A DNA stretch of 64,000 bases from Eledone cirrhosa (taxonomy: Eukaryota), in contig OZ024742.1 in NCBI GenBank assembly GCA_964016885.1, positions 48,794,001-48,858,000 on the forward strand. Direction: 5' to 3'. The first letter of the stretch is position 1, and each line of letters opens with the position of its first letter. This document shows positions 29,200 to 43,148 of this stretch, piece after piece. The position numbers and the translations under genes were made by a program. The notes beneath the pieces were generated by a model. The model was not told where the DNA came from. It searched no databases and saw nothing but the letters and a program-made list of their open reading frames with translations.

Positions 29200-30530
29200 T
29201 GTATAGAGCGTTTTTGTCCGCTACATCAAATATTCCAGAATTTGTGAGGAGATGCTCTTTATGAAAACTCTCATCAACACTACAGGAGAACAAGTGTGCA
29301 ACGCTGTCACCGGCTTTTTAAAGACAAATGATATTAGCATGGATAATATGATCTCCATTTTCACAGATGGTGCGCCGTCAATGATCGGCAAAAGAAAAGG
29401 ATTTGTGTGCAGTTTAATTGAAGAAATAAGCGTGTTTACTATTCATTGTGTTTTCCATCGTGAAAATTTGGTTGCAAAAAATATTGGTAACCGTGATCTT
29501 ATAGCCAGACTTGAAACGGTTGTTTCATCCGTCAACAAAATAAGAAGACGAGCCCTTCAAGACAGGATTTTCTGGGATGCTTGTCGTGACGAAAATTTTC
29601 ATCGGCTGGTTTATTCCACAGACGTACGTTAGCTTTCAATCGGTAACTGTCTCATGAGATGTGTCGTACTGTTTGACAATGTTTTGGAATTTATGCAGAA
29701 CAGAGACACTGTTCTGAGGAATTCACTTATTGATAACAAGATTGTTATATTGTACTTGGAAGAAATATTTCGGAAACTCAATGAACTGAATTTATCCATG
29801 CAAAACCAGGATATGAACATCGTACGTGCTAAACAAGTTATAAAGGCATTCATGAACAAATTGGTGATTTGGAAAATGAAAGCCATGATGCATGACTTCT
29901 GTCATTTTTCTAGTTTGGATGGCAAAGAAATTGATTGTGAGTTACACACAATTATTGTGGATCATTTGTCTATCAAACTCGTTTTGAGGATCTTTTGCAG
30001 TTGAGCATACCACCTGTTGTCGATTTACTTCATACCATGACAATGGAGGATGTCATGAATCAACCTGAATGCGTCCAGATTGAGCTGTGCGAGGCCATTG
30101 CTGACGAGCGCTTGATTCAGGCCTCTGAGAAAAATTGGATCAAAGCGTGGGTGCAAAGCTCGATCAAATATCAAGCCTTGTATGAAAAGGTGGAACCATT
30201 TATAATTAATCTACCAACGTCCAATTTGGGGGAGAAGGGCTTTTCGCTTTTACTTTATTCATTCACAAAATACGAAGGAAATTGCACTTGAACGATAATC
30301 CAGAAATGAGGCTCCGTCTGAGTGACCTACAACCACGGATTTCTGCTCTCGTGACTAATAAACAGACACAAGGCTCTCACTAAAAACGTGTGCCCGTAGG
30401 ACTCTTTGATCATTACGAATACATTTTGTTTGTTGAATTAATGTCCTAAGTTTTGAATGCTCTTGGGGGGTCCATAGCGAAAAAGGATTCTGCTTGATGA
30501 TCCATAGTGAAAAAAGGTTGGGAAGCCCTG
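29200..30530 (+). mobile_element. hAT Buster/Charlie-type DNA transposon, 3' half with disrupted transposase and right TIR
   Basis: TDGAPSMIGKRKGF..IHCVFHRENL..DVR(W)LS; PTSNLGEKGFS; terminus aaaaaggttgggaagccctg followed by ctcTAcgg (NNNTANNN target); left end not seen. Confidence 0.88.
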
Positions 30531-30810
30531 CTCTACGGAAATGAAACCTGGTTGTCAGGCTGGAGACGCGATGTCTGGCATCAGACTGTCGTAAAGAGCG
30601 AAAAGTGGTCCACTTGCGGCTGAAAAGACGGGGCGAAACAAGCGCATCACAAGCATACCAAAAATGCAGGATTCTACATGTATCTGTATCAAGTGCAACA
30701 AAGACTGTATCTCACGCATCGGCCTGCACAGTCAGGGCCAACGATGCCACTGACTAGACATAACTCCAGGCGCATGAAACTTGATCATCCGAGAGTGAGC
30801 TGCCAATAAT
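30531..30810 (+). mobile_element. RTE LINE 3' fragment
   Basis: LYGNETW and the C-terminal zinc motif CIKCNKDCISRIGLHSQGQRC. Confidence 0.75.
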
Positions 30811-31509
30811 AAATCCACAGATCAATTTGTGCAATCAAGAATGAAAAGCAAGTTTAATCCAGGCTAGACTTGAAATCAGAATGAAAAAGGCTGTAAGTCA
30901 ATACTGTAAAATATATTGTGCGACGCTCTAACGATTTTGTCAATAGTAATTTATATTCATATCATATTTTTTGTTAGAGATGACCGCTGAACGATCAATT
31001 TTGAAACAAGTCCTGTTTGAAATGTTACACGTCTTTTCTCTAACGTAAGTTACACATTTTTTATTTATTCTATTGTTACTACATCAAGAGAAAATACGTG
31101 AACTTAATTTTAAATGAAATTCCCAGTTAGGAAAAGAAACTTTTTTTTATATTATCTTTAGTTTGCTTTCACAACTACAGTAATGACAGTGGGAGAGGAT
31201 TCCTATTAAGTTGATTGCGAACTTCATTTTTAGAAAAATAAAGGTAAAAACAACAAACCTCGAAAACAAACAAACAAGTCTCTTGTGTATTCGGAACAAT
31301 TGCCTAAATAGCGATAATAATTCCAACACAGATAACAATACTTACATAAACATAACTAACAATACTCTGAAGAAAATCAATAATTGTAATAAACACCCCC
31401 TGATAATGACTATAACAACAGAACATCATTGGCAGTAGTAGTGATACAAGTGGGAGAATACTGATATTTACAAAATTGTTGACTGCGAAAAACAAATATA
31501 CTTTTTTGC

Positions 31510-31816
31510 TGCCCCTGTGTGCACCAGTCGTATATCCTCATGTTATATTGCACCATATATAGGTGCACCGTCTCTCTGTTCACTAAATGTATGTGTACCA
31601 TCCGTTTGTACAGCAGATATATATGCCAACTGTACGTTTACAAGTCGTACTGTACTAATTGTATGTCCAACAGCCCTCTATATAGCAGCTGAATGCCAAC
31701 CACCTATTTGTACACCAGATATATGTAAATTAACTATAAGTGTATCAGCTCTAATTGCACAAATTGTATGTGCACTAGTTGTACCTCAAATAACTGTATG
31801 TACAACAGCCGTTTGA
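31510..31816. repeat. Degenerate 15-bp tandem array (open 99-codon Cys-periodic frame on plus)
   Basis: tgtacaccagatata/tgtaaattaactata/agtgtatcagctcta/../tgtgcactagttgta/../tgtacaacagccgtt. Confidence 0.65.
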
Positions 31817-32433
31817 CGGATGAAAGCAATATTGACTTGGACGGAATCTAAACTCAGATCATATATAAACAGAGAATTATCGCAATCTTCCGGATTAGTG
31901 AACATTTCTCGGATTAGGAACAATTGCGAAAACTTCCTACCGAAGTAGTGAAGTCAGAATAATTTATTCTAGTTTCACATTATAGAGCTAAAAGTGTTTA
32001 ACATTGAGTAAAATAGCAATACACGTAGGTAATAATATTTGAACGGCCATGACCTTCATAGAATATTTGTAGGATCACGTAGACATAGAAAGAGATATAT
32101 GCAGGTATTTGTCTCGACTGTTGTGAGCCAAAAAACATTAATGAATTTATCAAAACTCTGAAAGTGATCGTCTTCTGCGAAGTTAATTTTGATCCCGTCT
32201 GGATTAATTGCTGTATGCAGAGAAATCTGCTCAATGGTCAGAGTACATGCCTACCCTCTCGGAAACTTATTGCATCATGTCTTTGGTTTTTCAAAATTTG
32301 CCCACTATCTTTCGGTCTCTCCTCCTCCCATTTTCCAGATGTTATTACATGTCTTGGTTAAATTTGAAGATTTGGCAATGAAGTCCGAATGTCGAACAAA
32401 ATAGCATTGCGGCAATTTTCTCAGCTTCTGAAA

Positions 32434-32624
32434 GGGCGGTGGATTGGCAGTATCGGTAGAGGGTCGGACGCCATGCTTTGACGCATAGAGTTACGGCCCT
32501 TTCCATTCTGAGTTCAAATCCCGCCGAAGTTAACTTTGCCTTTCATCCTTACGGGGTCGATAAAATAAAGAACCAGTCATGTACTGGGTAATTGCTGGCC
32601 TTGTGCCAAAAGTAGAAACAATTA
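32434..32624 (+). mobile_element. Full-length tRNA-derived SINE (best copy)
   Basis: A-box tggcagtatcgg, B-box gagttcaaatccc, core ctttgcctttcatccttacggggtcgataaaataaag, tail ggccttgtgccaaaagtagaaacaatta; a second partial copy follows to ~32775. Confidence 0.9.
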
Positions 32625-33702
32625 TATTTTGAAAGCACATCCCACCGAGGTCAGATTTTCATTTAATCCTTCGGCGATCTATAAAGTAAAGTAATAAGCA
32701 AATGCTGCCATCGACATAATAGATTTACTCTCACTCCACAATTGCTGACCTTGTATTAAAATTAGAAACCATTATATGTCTTAGATGTTGATTAGTTAAT
32801 GTGAATGTTACATGTACTAAGTAGCAACCACATCATGTGAATGCTTAAATAATGGAAGAAATAACCCAAATCATTGCTAATTCAAAGATATCACTTTCTT
32901 CGTCTTGATTGTATTTGATGTATAGGCAAATATATATTTTAGAGCAATATAATGTCTGCTTTTCACACGTAAACGTACATTTACATAAACATCCAGGCTA
33001 TTAATCTCAACCCCGAATCATTACAATGACCAAATTAAGCTAAACGACCATTGAGGTTAGCTTTTAAAGTAGCAGAAACACAGATTTATTAACGATGCAT
33101 ATAAAATGTCACTAATTGCAAACTTAAATCAGGCGACATTCATTTACACAAGTGACCTACTACCTTTAACATGTGCGAAAGGAGTACAATAGACGTCATT
33201 CGCCTCACCAAGATGTATTTTAGAAGTTAATTTTGAAATAGGTGTGTAATTTTCGGGATGACGTATAAATATATCATCATCAGTATAAATTAGAAGACGA
33301 TTTTATCCACTGTCTTACGAACAGAGAAACGTTTAAATATGGTAGCTATTTTGTGAAGTTGCAGGAAGCGGTAGATTATTCTGGCGTCAAAATATGACAC
33401 CGAGAAATAGATGGAAATTGTGTTTTGCTGGAATTTATCAGCTAAGACAGGATTGAATAAAAACTTTGTTTAATGACCCCACGTTAAGCTCAAACATCGC
33501 TACTCAATGAAACGGTGCGCGGCAGCATGCTCTGACGTATGTGAGCTAAGCGAAGGCAGCTTCGTGGTCCCAGTGGACAACATGGAGAAAAGATTTGCCT
33601 CGAAAGATGGTGAGGTAGATGCGTTGAAATAAACATTCCAACTCCGCTCCAAAGTGAATATATTCCACTCAATTCCTTAACGATAGAACTTTTATAAATC
33701 AA

Positions 33703-33850
33703 TGCGATGAATTGGCAGAGTCATTAGAACGTACGATAGAATGATATCCATTATTCGTTTCGATTACCTGCTGGCTCAGTTTAAATCCCGCCGCGGTCAA
33801 TTTTGCCTTTCACCATTTAAAGTTCGATAAAAAGTACCAGTCTTACACTG
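33703..33850 (+). mobile_element. tRNA-SINE, degenerate
   Basis: tggcagagtcattag..tttaaatcccgccg..gcctttca..cgataaaaagtaccagt. Confidence 0.7.
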
Positions 33851-34694
33851 TAGTCAGTTCTTCCTCTATATCTCCTCATTTCTTTCATCTCACTATCTAT
33901 CCTTTTTTGGAAGAAAACTGTTGTATTTGGATCTAGAGCGAGATGGGCTCCGCCAGATGTAAATGCCCAAGAAACGCCGCCAGCCACAACAGTACCGGTA
34001 CGACTACATCATGAGTTACGGTACTATACCATAAAACAACATATTCTGCTGTGCTTTTATTGCTGTATTTATTCTTCTGTTAGCAACGTTATTATTGAAC
34101 TGCTGTTGGGTTCTTGCAGTTGTAAGTGTTATTGCTGGTGTTGTGTTATTGCTGTTGTTAGTGCTAGAGTTAGGGATGCAATATTGTTGGTGAATATGCT
34201 GTCTTGTTAGTGCTGCTTTTGTATTTTTAGAATTGTTGATTTTTCTGTTTCTTGTGCTGCTGTGTTGCTCTTATCAGTATAACCAACTTGATCCATCCAC
34301 TAGGTAACCATCGTGATTTGAAAGGTTCCTGTTGCAACAGCTATAAAATTATTTCTGTTCTATGTTATTTGCTTTAATAGCAACTCCTTTCTCTCTATCA
34401 CTTTCTTTTCATTTCCCTCTCCTCACTTTTCTCTAACTATCTATCTATCTATCTATCTATCTATCTCGTTTTCTCTCTCATCCCAGCCCCATTTTCATCA
34501 TTCCATCATGACACGATAATGCCTGAGGCAACAAACTTAATTTTTCTTCATTTCGCAGCTAAGATAAGAAGTAAAGTTTTCTCCCTAAATACGATATTTG
34601 CGAGTCTATATTTAATTGTTGTCACGAAAACTACCTGTCTCCACCGCAACGTGATTAAAAAAATAGAGCGCAAAAACATAATTACGGCAGCTTC

Positions 34695-34695
<1 letters not shown>

Positions 34696-34728
<33 letters not shown>

Positions 34729-34768
34729 TACACACAAACACACACACACACACACACACAGATACACA

Positions 34769-34833
<65 letters not shown>

Positions 34834-34945
34834 ACACACGCGCGCACACACGCACACAGACACACACACACACACGCACACACGCACACACACACACATG
34901 CACACCCACACACTCTCTTTCTCACTCTCACACACACAAACACAC
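34696..34945. repeat. (CA)n microsatellite
   Basis: Directly visible. Confidence 0.97.
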
Positions 34946-35379
34946 GCTCATACAAGCCCGTATATTATGTATTCACTAAATATAATAGCTAAACAACATT
35001 AAATGAAATGGAATTTAAGTAACAAAAACAACAAATATATCCCTATAAACCACACGGAAGAAGATCATGTTTATGAGGAGGAGAAGGAGGATTAATAGGA
35101 CGAGAAAGGGCAGAAATGAAAATAATTTGATAGTAATGGTGGATGAATGCTGATTATGTTATTTCCAAACAAGCCAATGAACGACGCCAATAGGCGATGC
35201 TAATGAGAGCAACCATGATTCACCAATTCTTTTTATCAAATCACAACGTACTCTCCTGAAACTGCAGTATCAACTGGATAATGTTTCTTCCTTAAATACA
35301 CTATACTAGAAGAAATAGTAGCTGGGATGTCATAGTTGGATTGTTCTATACAGACAACAATGCAATTATTATTTTAATT

Positions 35380-35580
35380 AATCAGAACAGTAGAATGTGC
35401 AATATTACAAGGGAATGGGACAAACTACGTCGCGGCATTTAGTTCTGAGTTCTGAGTTCATACCCGCAGATATTAACTTTGCATTTCATCCTTTCACGAT
35501 CGGATAAAATAGAGCGCCAATCAAATACTTGGTTTGGTAAAATAAACATTCCCCTTGTGTCAATGCTTGAAATAATTATT
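35380..35580 (+). mobile_element. tRNA-SINE, degenerate
   Basis: ctgagttcatacccgc..aactttgcatttcatcctttc. Confidence 0.6.
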
Positions 35581-36519
35581 TAAAATAACCAATCGCTCAC
35601 ATCATTTTATTCCTTGTTTCTTTCTTGATATAATATATTCACAGGCGTAAGAGTGTTGGTAATTATATCAATTGGGCAACATACACGCACATTTAGACAG
35701 CCGACATAAATGTTAAAAGCATGCAGAAGATCATTTCTTGTGACAATGATATCGCTAGAACATATATATCGATCTATAGGATGAGTATCTCTATTTTTAT
35801 CAAAAATAGAGTAACAATTCCACTTTGTGTATTATAAAATAAAACAGCAAAATAATATAAGCACATTATCACAATCTAAAACAATCTTAAAACATGCACA
35901 AACCCAAAACATAAAAATAGTCTAAAGACATGCACACAAACCTAAACATAACACACAATCTTAAACCGGACACACGACCCCCAAAACATACACCCTATAT
36001 ATAACCTAATCGAACTACATCAATTAAATTCATTTCGCTCATAAGTTAACTAGTATTACACCAAACAATTTAACAGCAAACACGATTACCACTAAACAAC
36101 TCAGCAAGTATCAAGATAGATCCAGTGTTAATGTGGGGTTATATATGTACTCGTTCAATATGTTTGTAATAGCAGTATACCTTCCATCATTTCATACCTT
36201 GCCATCTAAAGAAATAGAAAGGACACATGGTATATCGTAGTTATAGATAACATTTATAAAAAGATAGAATAGACGCTATTGCAATGACTTAATCTAAAAA
36301 ATAAATAAATAAACAAAATAAAAGAAAAGAAAAAGAAAAGAAAAGAAAAATAAAGAAAGAAAAGGAAAAGCATACATTCCACGGTGTTTTACTTTTTAAA
36401 GACATATTCACACACCAAACAAAAAATAGAACATACTCCTCAAGATCACAAAAGGAGTATAATGAACAAATTTCAAAAATTGGTCGAGTGTAGTCTTAAT
36501 GTTAACGTACTGATACAAA

Positions 36520-37490
36520 TACACGCACACACACACACACCTAATATTAGTTTATTGATAATAAGACTGCCTAGATATCCATTGCAGTTACTAGTTTTCT
36601 CGCATTCAGGTTGGATTTTGTAATCATTTTCACTCTTTTTAAATGTCTATCCAGCCCTTTGTTTCGTTTCTGCATGTAAAATATCATCCAGTTCTAGAAT
36701 TCCCAAATACTTGTACCTACTATATTCTGATTCCGCAATGTATTTTCTAACTATGGCAACCGAAATCCATTACAAGCGGCATTTCCCCCTCTTTTCATGG
36801 TGATCACAGAGCATTTGAAAATTCCAAATTCCATACCGATGTAACTGCTACATATCTGGACGGATTTAACCAAAGAATCTATTTGGTTTTCAGACTTTCC
36901 AAACAGTTTCAGGTCATCGATAAACAGAATATGGTTTATGAATCGTCCTTTCTTTCCACATTGGCAACCCTATTCTACTTCAACAAAGAATACATCTTTC
37001 GTATACAACTTGGTCTTTCCTCGTAACATTATTCAGAGGGAAATTTGTGATGTCAGCAGCACCAAACATCTGCAGTCATTCAACAATCCATGAATGAGAG
37101 ACCATATCATATGCCTTCTTATAACCAAGCCAGGTCAAATGCATGTTGGTATGATGTTTTTAAAATGTCCCAAAACTGTCTTATAGACCAGCAAGTGATC
37201 CTTTTTGCCATGAGATCTGCTGTTAATTCCTCTTTGTTCCCTTGTTGATATTACTTCCTGTGAAAGAAAACAAATATCCCAATAAGAAACTTCCATATTA
37301 TGTTCTGGTGTGCTGCAGAACGGTGGTTTTCCAGAGCATTCTGCTTCTTATATTACAAGCGCTGTTCTTCGCTTCAATATCCAAGAGGGAACTGCATCTC
37401 TCTGGTCATATTCAATTGAGTTGCAGGTCTTTCCTGAACTGCATTGCATCTCTCCATCTAAAAGCCATGGATCGCATTTGAAATATTTGT
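36520..37490 (-). mobile_element. R4/Dong LINE RT fragment
   Basis: Minus frame INHILFIDDLKLFGKSENQIDSLVKSVQICSSYIGMEFGIFKC; YKKAYDMVSHSWI. Confidence 0.85.
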
Positions 37491-37499
37491 CAATTGATT

Positions 37500-39925
37500 C
37501 TTCACATCAACCTCTATGTACCTCACATACAAAGAGCAAGTCATTTCGCCGTCTTCGCGGCCCTTGCACAAAAATATGAGATAATCCTCCACCCCAAGTC
37601 CTCGTCGGCGAGATGAGTTTATACTTTATACAACTCATCTTTTAAGGAAGACCGCGAGGTTAAACATACCAGGTGTTCAGTCTGGCATAAATAACTGGTG
37701 GAGTGTTGGCTGCGTTGTCCTTGGAGGTCCGGAGACTCAACTCGCAGAGAAAGGAAGCAAAGGTCTTGGATAAATCTTTGAGAGTTTGCTTCATGTAACT
37801 CCAGACGAAATAGAAAAGATGCTGGTCCAAACACAGCTGCTCAACGGAGTAGAACTCCTAAGAAATATAGAAGACAAAAAAGAAACAAAAGGTGATCTAT
37901 GTAAACCGACAAGCCATTTGAAAGCCCCAGCCCATAAAAAGAAGGAAACCAGAGACCATTCTACTACCACCAACTCAACCTCAACAAATGGAACAACAAC
38001 AGTGTGCTACAAATTCAGCAACATAAACAACTATTGCACAGGCGGCTGAAAACCCTTCCAGACCAGCAACGCCATCGAGAATCATAGTAGCTTAGTCAAA
38101 TACAGCACCAACAACAGCAGCAGAATCACTGCCATCACCACCGCCAACAGCACCTACACCCGTGGAAGATATGCCTCTCCCTGAGATCACAAAGTTGGAT
38201 GCTGATTGTGACGAGGGTATGGAGTAGCAAGCCTTCTGCCACAACATATATATAAAAAAAAACACCCTGTCTTCCCCCTAAAGAAAGGGGAAAACGTGCG
38301 GAAAAGAAAAATGCTGACTTTTTGAAGAAACAAATGGCATCATATATACACATTTCACCATCACTCCCATCACCCCCACCCCATCATCACCACCATAAAC
38401 AGCACAGAAGCTACCCCAAAATACATCCCAAACACAACCAAAAGACCATCTGCAACAACAAACGCGAATTCAATGAAAGAGGATAAACCGCATTAATTAC
38501 ACAGCAATAAACACACAAAACAAAAATACAGAAACTGATGCACCACATAAACTCAACACCACTATAACGGGAACTGATGAAATCTCCCCACACCTCCCAA
38601 AACGATTACACTGTCCACATACAGTTCATACACATCATACAAGATTCAAACACTACTTTAAAAACAAAATATATGCGATTTGATAATGTGGTGCAGGATT
38701 CCCTATTTGTATTGGGGAATCCCGCACTACATTATCAAATCGCATATATTTAGACATTCTTGTCGGATTACCACAATGGAATGGAGGAAGAACCATCATC
38801 CCCCATTCCACACGAACAGGATAAGTAACCCTTTCTCATCTTTCCTCGTGACTTTTCTCAGGATTGACAGTATAAATGCATGTAGGTCGTCTTGGAAGCA
38901 GGACCACCTGCCCAATGACCTCAGATCACTGAACTTAAATGTGGTGGACATTAACGAGAACAGAATAACCTTCGCAAACATTTTCTGTTGCTATGAAATG
39001 TATGCATCTCCAACCACTCCGAGATCCGACATTATTTAAGAAAGATTGGATCTTATGATATTGACCATCTTCCTGGAGTCAGAGGGTGAGTTAGTGGTGT
39101 AAGACGTGACCAGCATCAAAGAGCATGATTTTAGGCGGTTAATGGCTGTCTATGCTCATATATGGGCAGGAAGGCCTGATTTCTTCAGGCGCCTGAAACA
39201 CTTACTTGGATTGTCTTAGTGCTTGGGGATGAATGGAACAGTGAATTAAAGGCACGTTGTGGTTGTGTGAGAATAGCAAATAGGGTAGGGGTGTAAAAGC
39301 TTCACAAACCGGTCTAGCCGCTTCCAGCTGCCTGACAACTAGCAGTTGAATTTCGCAGATGTGCCAATGTGAACATGGTCAAACCGCATCGCGTGATCCA
39401 TATCTTATCTAGATAGAGTATTTTGTAGAGAAATAGATAAGCGTACTATAGGTTGTAAACAATTTGAAATAGTCGACTACACAGACCGTAAATTTGTGAC
39501 ATGAACAGTTGACATAGAAAGGCTTTAGCCAGGTTGCAGGAAGCAGAATGCGTGGTGTTCAGAGCGCAATGATTAGAGAGATGGGATTAGTGAATTAGGT
39601 ATGCGAGATTTGAGGGGGGCAATTGTCAACAACTGAAAAGGGCAATGACAGTAGAATCAACAAGATTTAGTAAAAGAGTATTCATAAAGAAAACTAGACT
39701 AGAGGGAGAACTAGTTAGAAAGTTAGAAGACGCTATTAGAGAGGATATGGCAGACGACATACTTTCAGCGGGATTGGCGCTCGATGAATTCTTCAATGCG
39801 AAATATGAAGGCTGTTTTGTCAGAGCTAGAGAGCATATTTTTAAACCCGAGGAAAAGATAGCAGTTCGATGAGCCAGAGTAGCGGAGGAACAGTGTGGCA
39901 ACAAATGCACAATTCAGACTTTGGC
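37500..39925 (+). mobile_element. Degenerate Tx1/L1-clade LINE, 5' half (ORF1 remnant, APE, start of tower region)
   Basis: SWKQDHLPNDLRSLNLNVV and LDEFFNAKYEGCFVRAR are homologous to the 46-52 kb element; truncated at the F2 palindrome. Confidence 0.8.
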
Positions 39926-39937
39926 AAACAGCCCGAA

Positions 39938-40365
39938 TAAACAAACAGCCCGAATTAAGCCGTACAGTGTTCGGCAACCATCGTTGGCCTTTTGTTCAAC
40001 ACTGACAAAGGAACGATGAACTAGTTTCAAGCTTATTAGCTATCGTCAAGCTTGTTAGCTATATGCTGACGATAGCTAATAAGCTTGAAACTAGTTCATC
40101 GTTCTTTTGTCAGTGTTGAACAAAAGGGCAACGATGGTTGCCGAACACTGTACGGCTTAATTCGGGCTGTTTGTTTACAAAGAAACCGAACATTATAATA
40201 AATGTTCGGTAAACCCATACGTACATATATATATATATGTGCATGTATGTATATATATACATGCTACTGTACGTCTGTATACATATATGTATGTACGTAT
40301 ACATACTTATATTTAAGTATCAGCCGTACTAAGAGTGAGAAATGAAATTTCATTTCATTCTTTTC
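39938..40365. mobile_element. Family F2 copy: 240-bp palindrome (39938-40177) centred just 5' of the HHR, then A-B segments
   Basis: CUGACGA at 40066, GAAA 40087, CUAG UU; order on plus strand is HHR-C-A-B. Confidence 0.88.
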
Positions 40366-40390
40366 TATATATATATATATATAGATATCT

Positions 40391-40442
<52 letters not shown>

Positions 40443-40444
<2 letters not shown>

Positions 40445-40521
40445 CGAAGGAAATGTGGTAAGGAACCAGGTGGACCATAACGCACCAAAGTACTCAATAC
40501 TTAGGGTAGTAGAGTGGGTAA
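40443..40521. mobile_element. Family F1 tail-only copy
   Basis: acgaaggaaatgtggtaaggaaccagg..gtactcaatac..gagtgggtaata between TA tracts. Confidence 0.88.
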
Positions 40522-40551
40522 TATATATATATAAATACATAAATACATAAA

Positions 40552-41345
40552 TACATAAACGGAGAAAGCTATTAGCGATACTCCGACCAATTTCCAACTC
40601 ACTCAACAAACGTTAGGAAATACCGGGGTATATTCCCAATTAAACGTTTGGGGTGCTAACTATATTGTATTGTGTGGATAATCGGCTGTATTATTTTATA
40701 TGAGATATATTAAAATCTCATTCCCCAAACGAATCATTTCATTATAAGATTTCTACATGGTGGGTGAAATTTTACGAAGTTGTGTAGAAGCCTGCATAAG
40801 ATCAATGGATTCCCATGCAAGTGGGCTCTTATAAATCTTCAGTGGGTGCCCAATAATATCAATATTAATAACTAAATCAACATTAATATTTAGCGATAAT
40901 CTCCATCAGTGCTAGAAAGAGCTGCCTAGGTTGTACGTCCAGCAGTTCTAAAGAAAATCTCACACTGTCCCCAAATGGGAGGGGGAGGTCATCGTGAAAA
41001 ATATAATAATATACATGCATGTCATTGAACCCTGTCAGGCATTCAAGCCTCGTGCGAAGAACTCAATTGGATATGAAAAAATAAATATATGTGTGCACTA
41101 TTTTAAGGACACATAGAGGTATTTTCCCGGGCAAAATAACAGATATGAGATACAGGAACAAACAATCAATATTCATATAAAAAGATGAATAAAGAGAGTC
41201 ATACCTTATATCTGGAAAATCGATGTCTGGCGATCCAAGAGTATATTACATAACTACATAAACGGAGAAAGCTATTAGCAATACTCCGACCAATTTCCAA
41301 CTCACTCAACAAACATTAGGAAATACCGAAATATATTCCCAATTA
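40552..41345. mobile_element. 703-nt unit with ~90-bp terminal direct repeats, TA-flanked
   Basis: tacataaacggagaaagctattagc..tattcccaatta at 40552-40642 and 41255-41345. Confidence 0.75.
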
Positions 41346-41353
41346 ATTATTCC

Positions 41354-41498
<145 letters not shown>

Positions 41499-42231
41499 GT
41501 GTGTGTGTTAGTGTGTGCATGTGTATATATACGTGTATGTATATATAGAAATGTGTGTGTGTATATTTATTTATTTATACACACTTGACACATGATTGTC
41601 TGCCACACACCACCCTCTACACCCCAAAAGTTGTTGCATTGCTGGGATGATAACTGTTGATCTGAAGGGCAGAGAAAGTAAAAAAGTGTCAAAGAGTATT
41701 TATGGCAATATTGTGCCAGTAGATCAAAGCTGATTGTTAGTCCTTCCATAATATAACAGAAATTCTTCGTTCAAAACGAAAGAAAATCTGGGTTGTGAGA
41801 ATAAATAGGGCACATACTTCTGTAAGGTTTCGATGTTTTGAATGTATGTTAATTGGGACAGTTTAAAAATATGTCAAGCAAGAGTTCCTTACCAATGAGA
41901 ACCAGTTGGAGTTTGAGAACCTGTCGCACGAATGACATCCATAAAATATGACAAGTAACCAATAGCAGCATTCTTTCCTATTTTCTCTTGATTTGGAGTA
42001 GTTTAATTTGGGGAAGAGTTAACCCAGATTTCTTCGTGAGAACCATTCATTTACATGCGGGGAAAATATATATATGTATGTATATTTATATATGGAACGC
42101 AACGTGAAATTAAGCATTCGGATGAAGAACACCAACCACCTGGTAGAGTAATCAAACCCACAACTTTATGATCGTGCATCCAATACCCTAACCTCTTGCT
42201 CCATCGCCTTCGCTATTAGAATTAGAATAAT

Positions 42232-42436
42232 AGTTTCCAATATTGGCACAAGGCTACCAATGTTGGTAAAAGGTAACATTGACTGAACTGGTATTTTATT
42301 CAGTGACTCCTGGAAGAATAATAGCGAATTTTACATCGGGATTTGAACTCAGAACATAGAAAGTCGTATATATATACTGTTTAGCAATTCGTCCGATGTT
42401 CTGATACTCTACTGATACTGCCAATCTGCCAGCTTT
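42232..42436 (-). mobile_element. tRNA-SINE, degenerate
   Basis: ttggcacaagg..gggatttgaactcagaac..ctgccaatctgcc. Confidence 0.7.
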
Positions 42437-43097
42437 AATAGAGTTAATATAATAGAAGCGAATCATAGAATTTAATGAAATGGCTGGTACAAAATTGCCT
42501 GATTAGTAAAACTACCAAAACGTAGGGGTATGTTATTTTACTGTCTCAAAATTACTTCATATAATCTAAATTATCAACGTATATTTTATACATAGATGGG
42601 CTTTTCCTGATCGTTTACCAATTACCTTATTACGAAAAGATCAGTCAGCAAGGTTCTTAAACAAAATGCTTCAGGAAGAAAATGCAACAAAAGGGGACAG
42701 ATTTTTCGTCCGACTTTCACTAAATCTACTATCATTCACCCGTATAAATAAGATTTGTGTTTTTTGATAATTAATGGGTAGAAGTGGGTGATGGATTGGC
42801 AGAATCATTAAGGCATCAAGCAAAGTTTTTGTGGTTTTCTCCAGCTATTTCTTCCCTGTATTCAAATACACATCGTTATATTCATGAATATATCAATATT
42901 TTCGAAAATGACTAAACATATTCGTATTTCGATATATATCAATTCAAAGAAGCCAGACGGCGTTCTCTGTATCTCTGTCTCTGTCTGTTTGTCTCTGTCT
43001 GTCTGTCTCTCTCTCTCACTCACTGTCTCTCTCACTCTCTCTCTCTCTCTCCCTCTCTCTCTCTCTCTATCTCCCCCTCTCTCTATCTCTCGCTATG

Positions 43098-43148
<51 letters not shown>

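Noticed and set aside
32434-32525. tRNA gene
   Set aside because: The A/B boxes belong to a multi-copy SINE head; no cloverleaf
33500-33630. Short GC-richer ORF MKRCAAACSDVCEL..
   Set aside because: About 41 codons with no recognisable family
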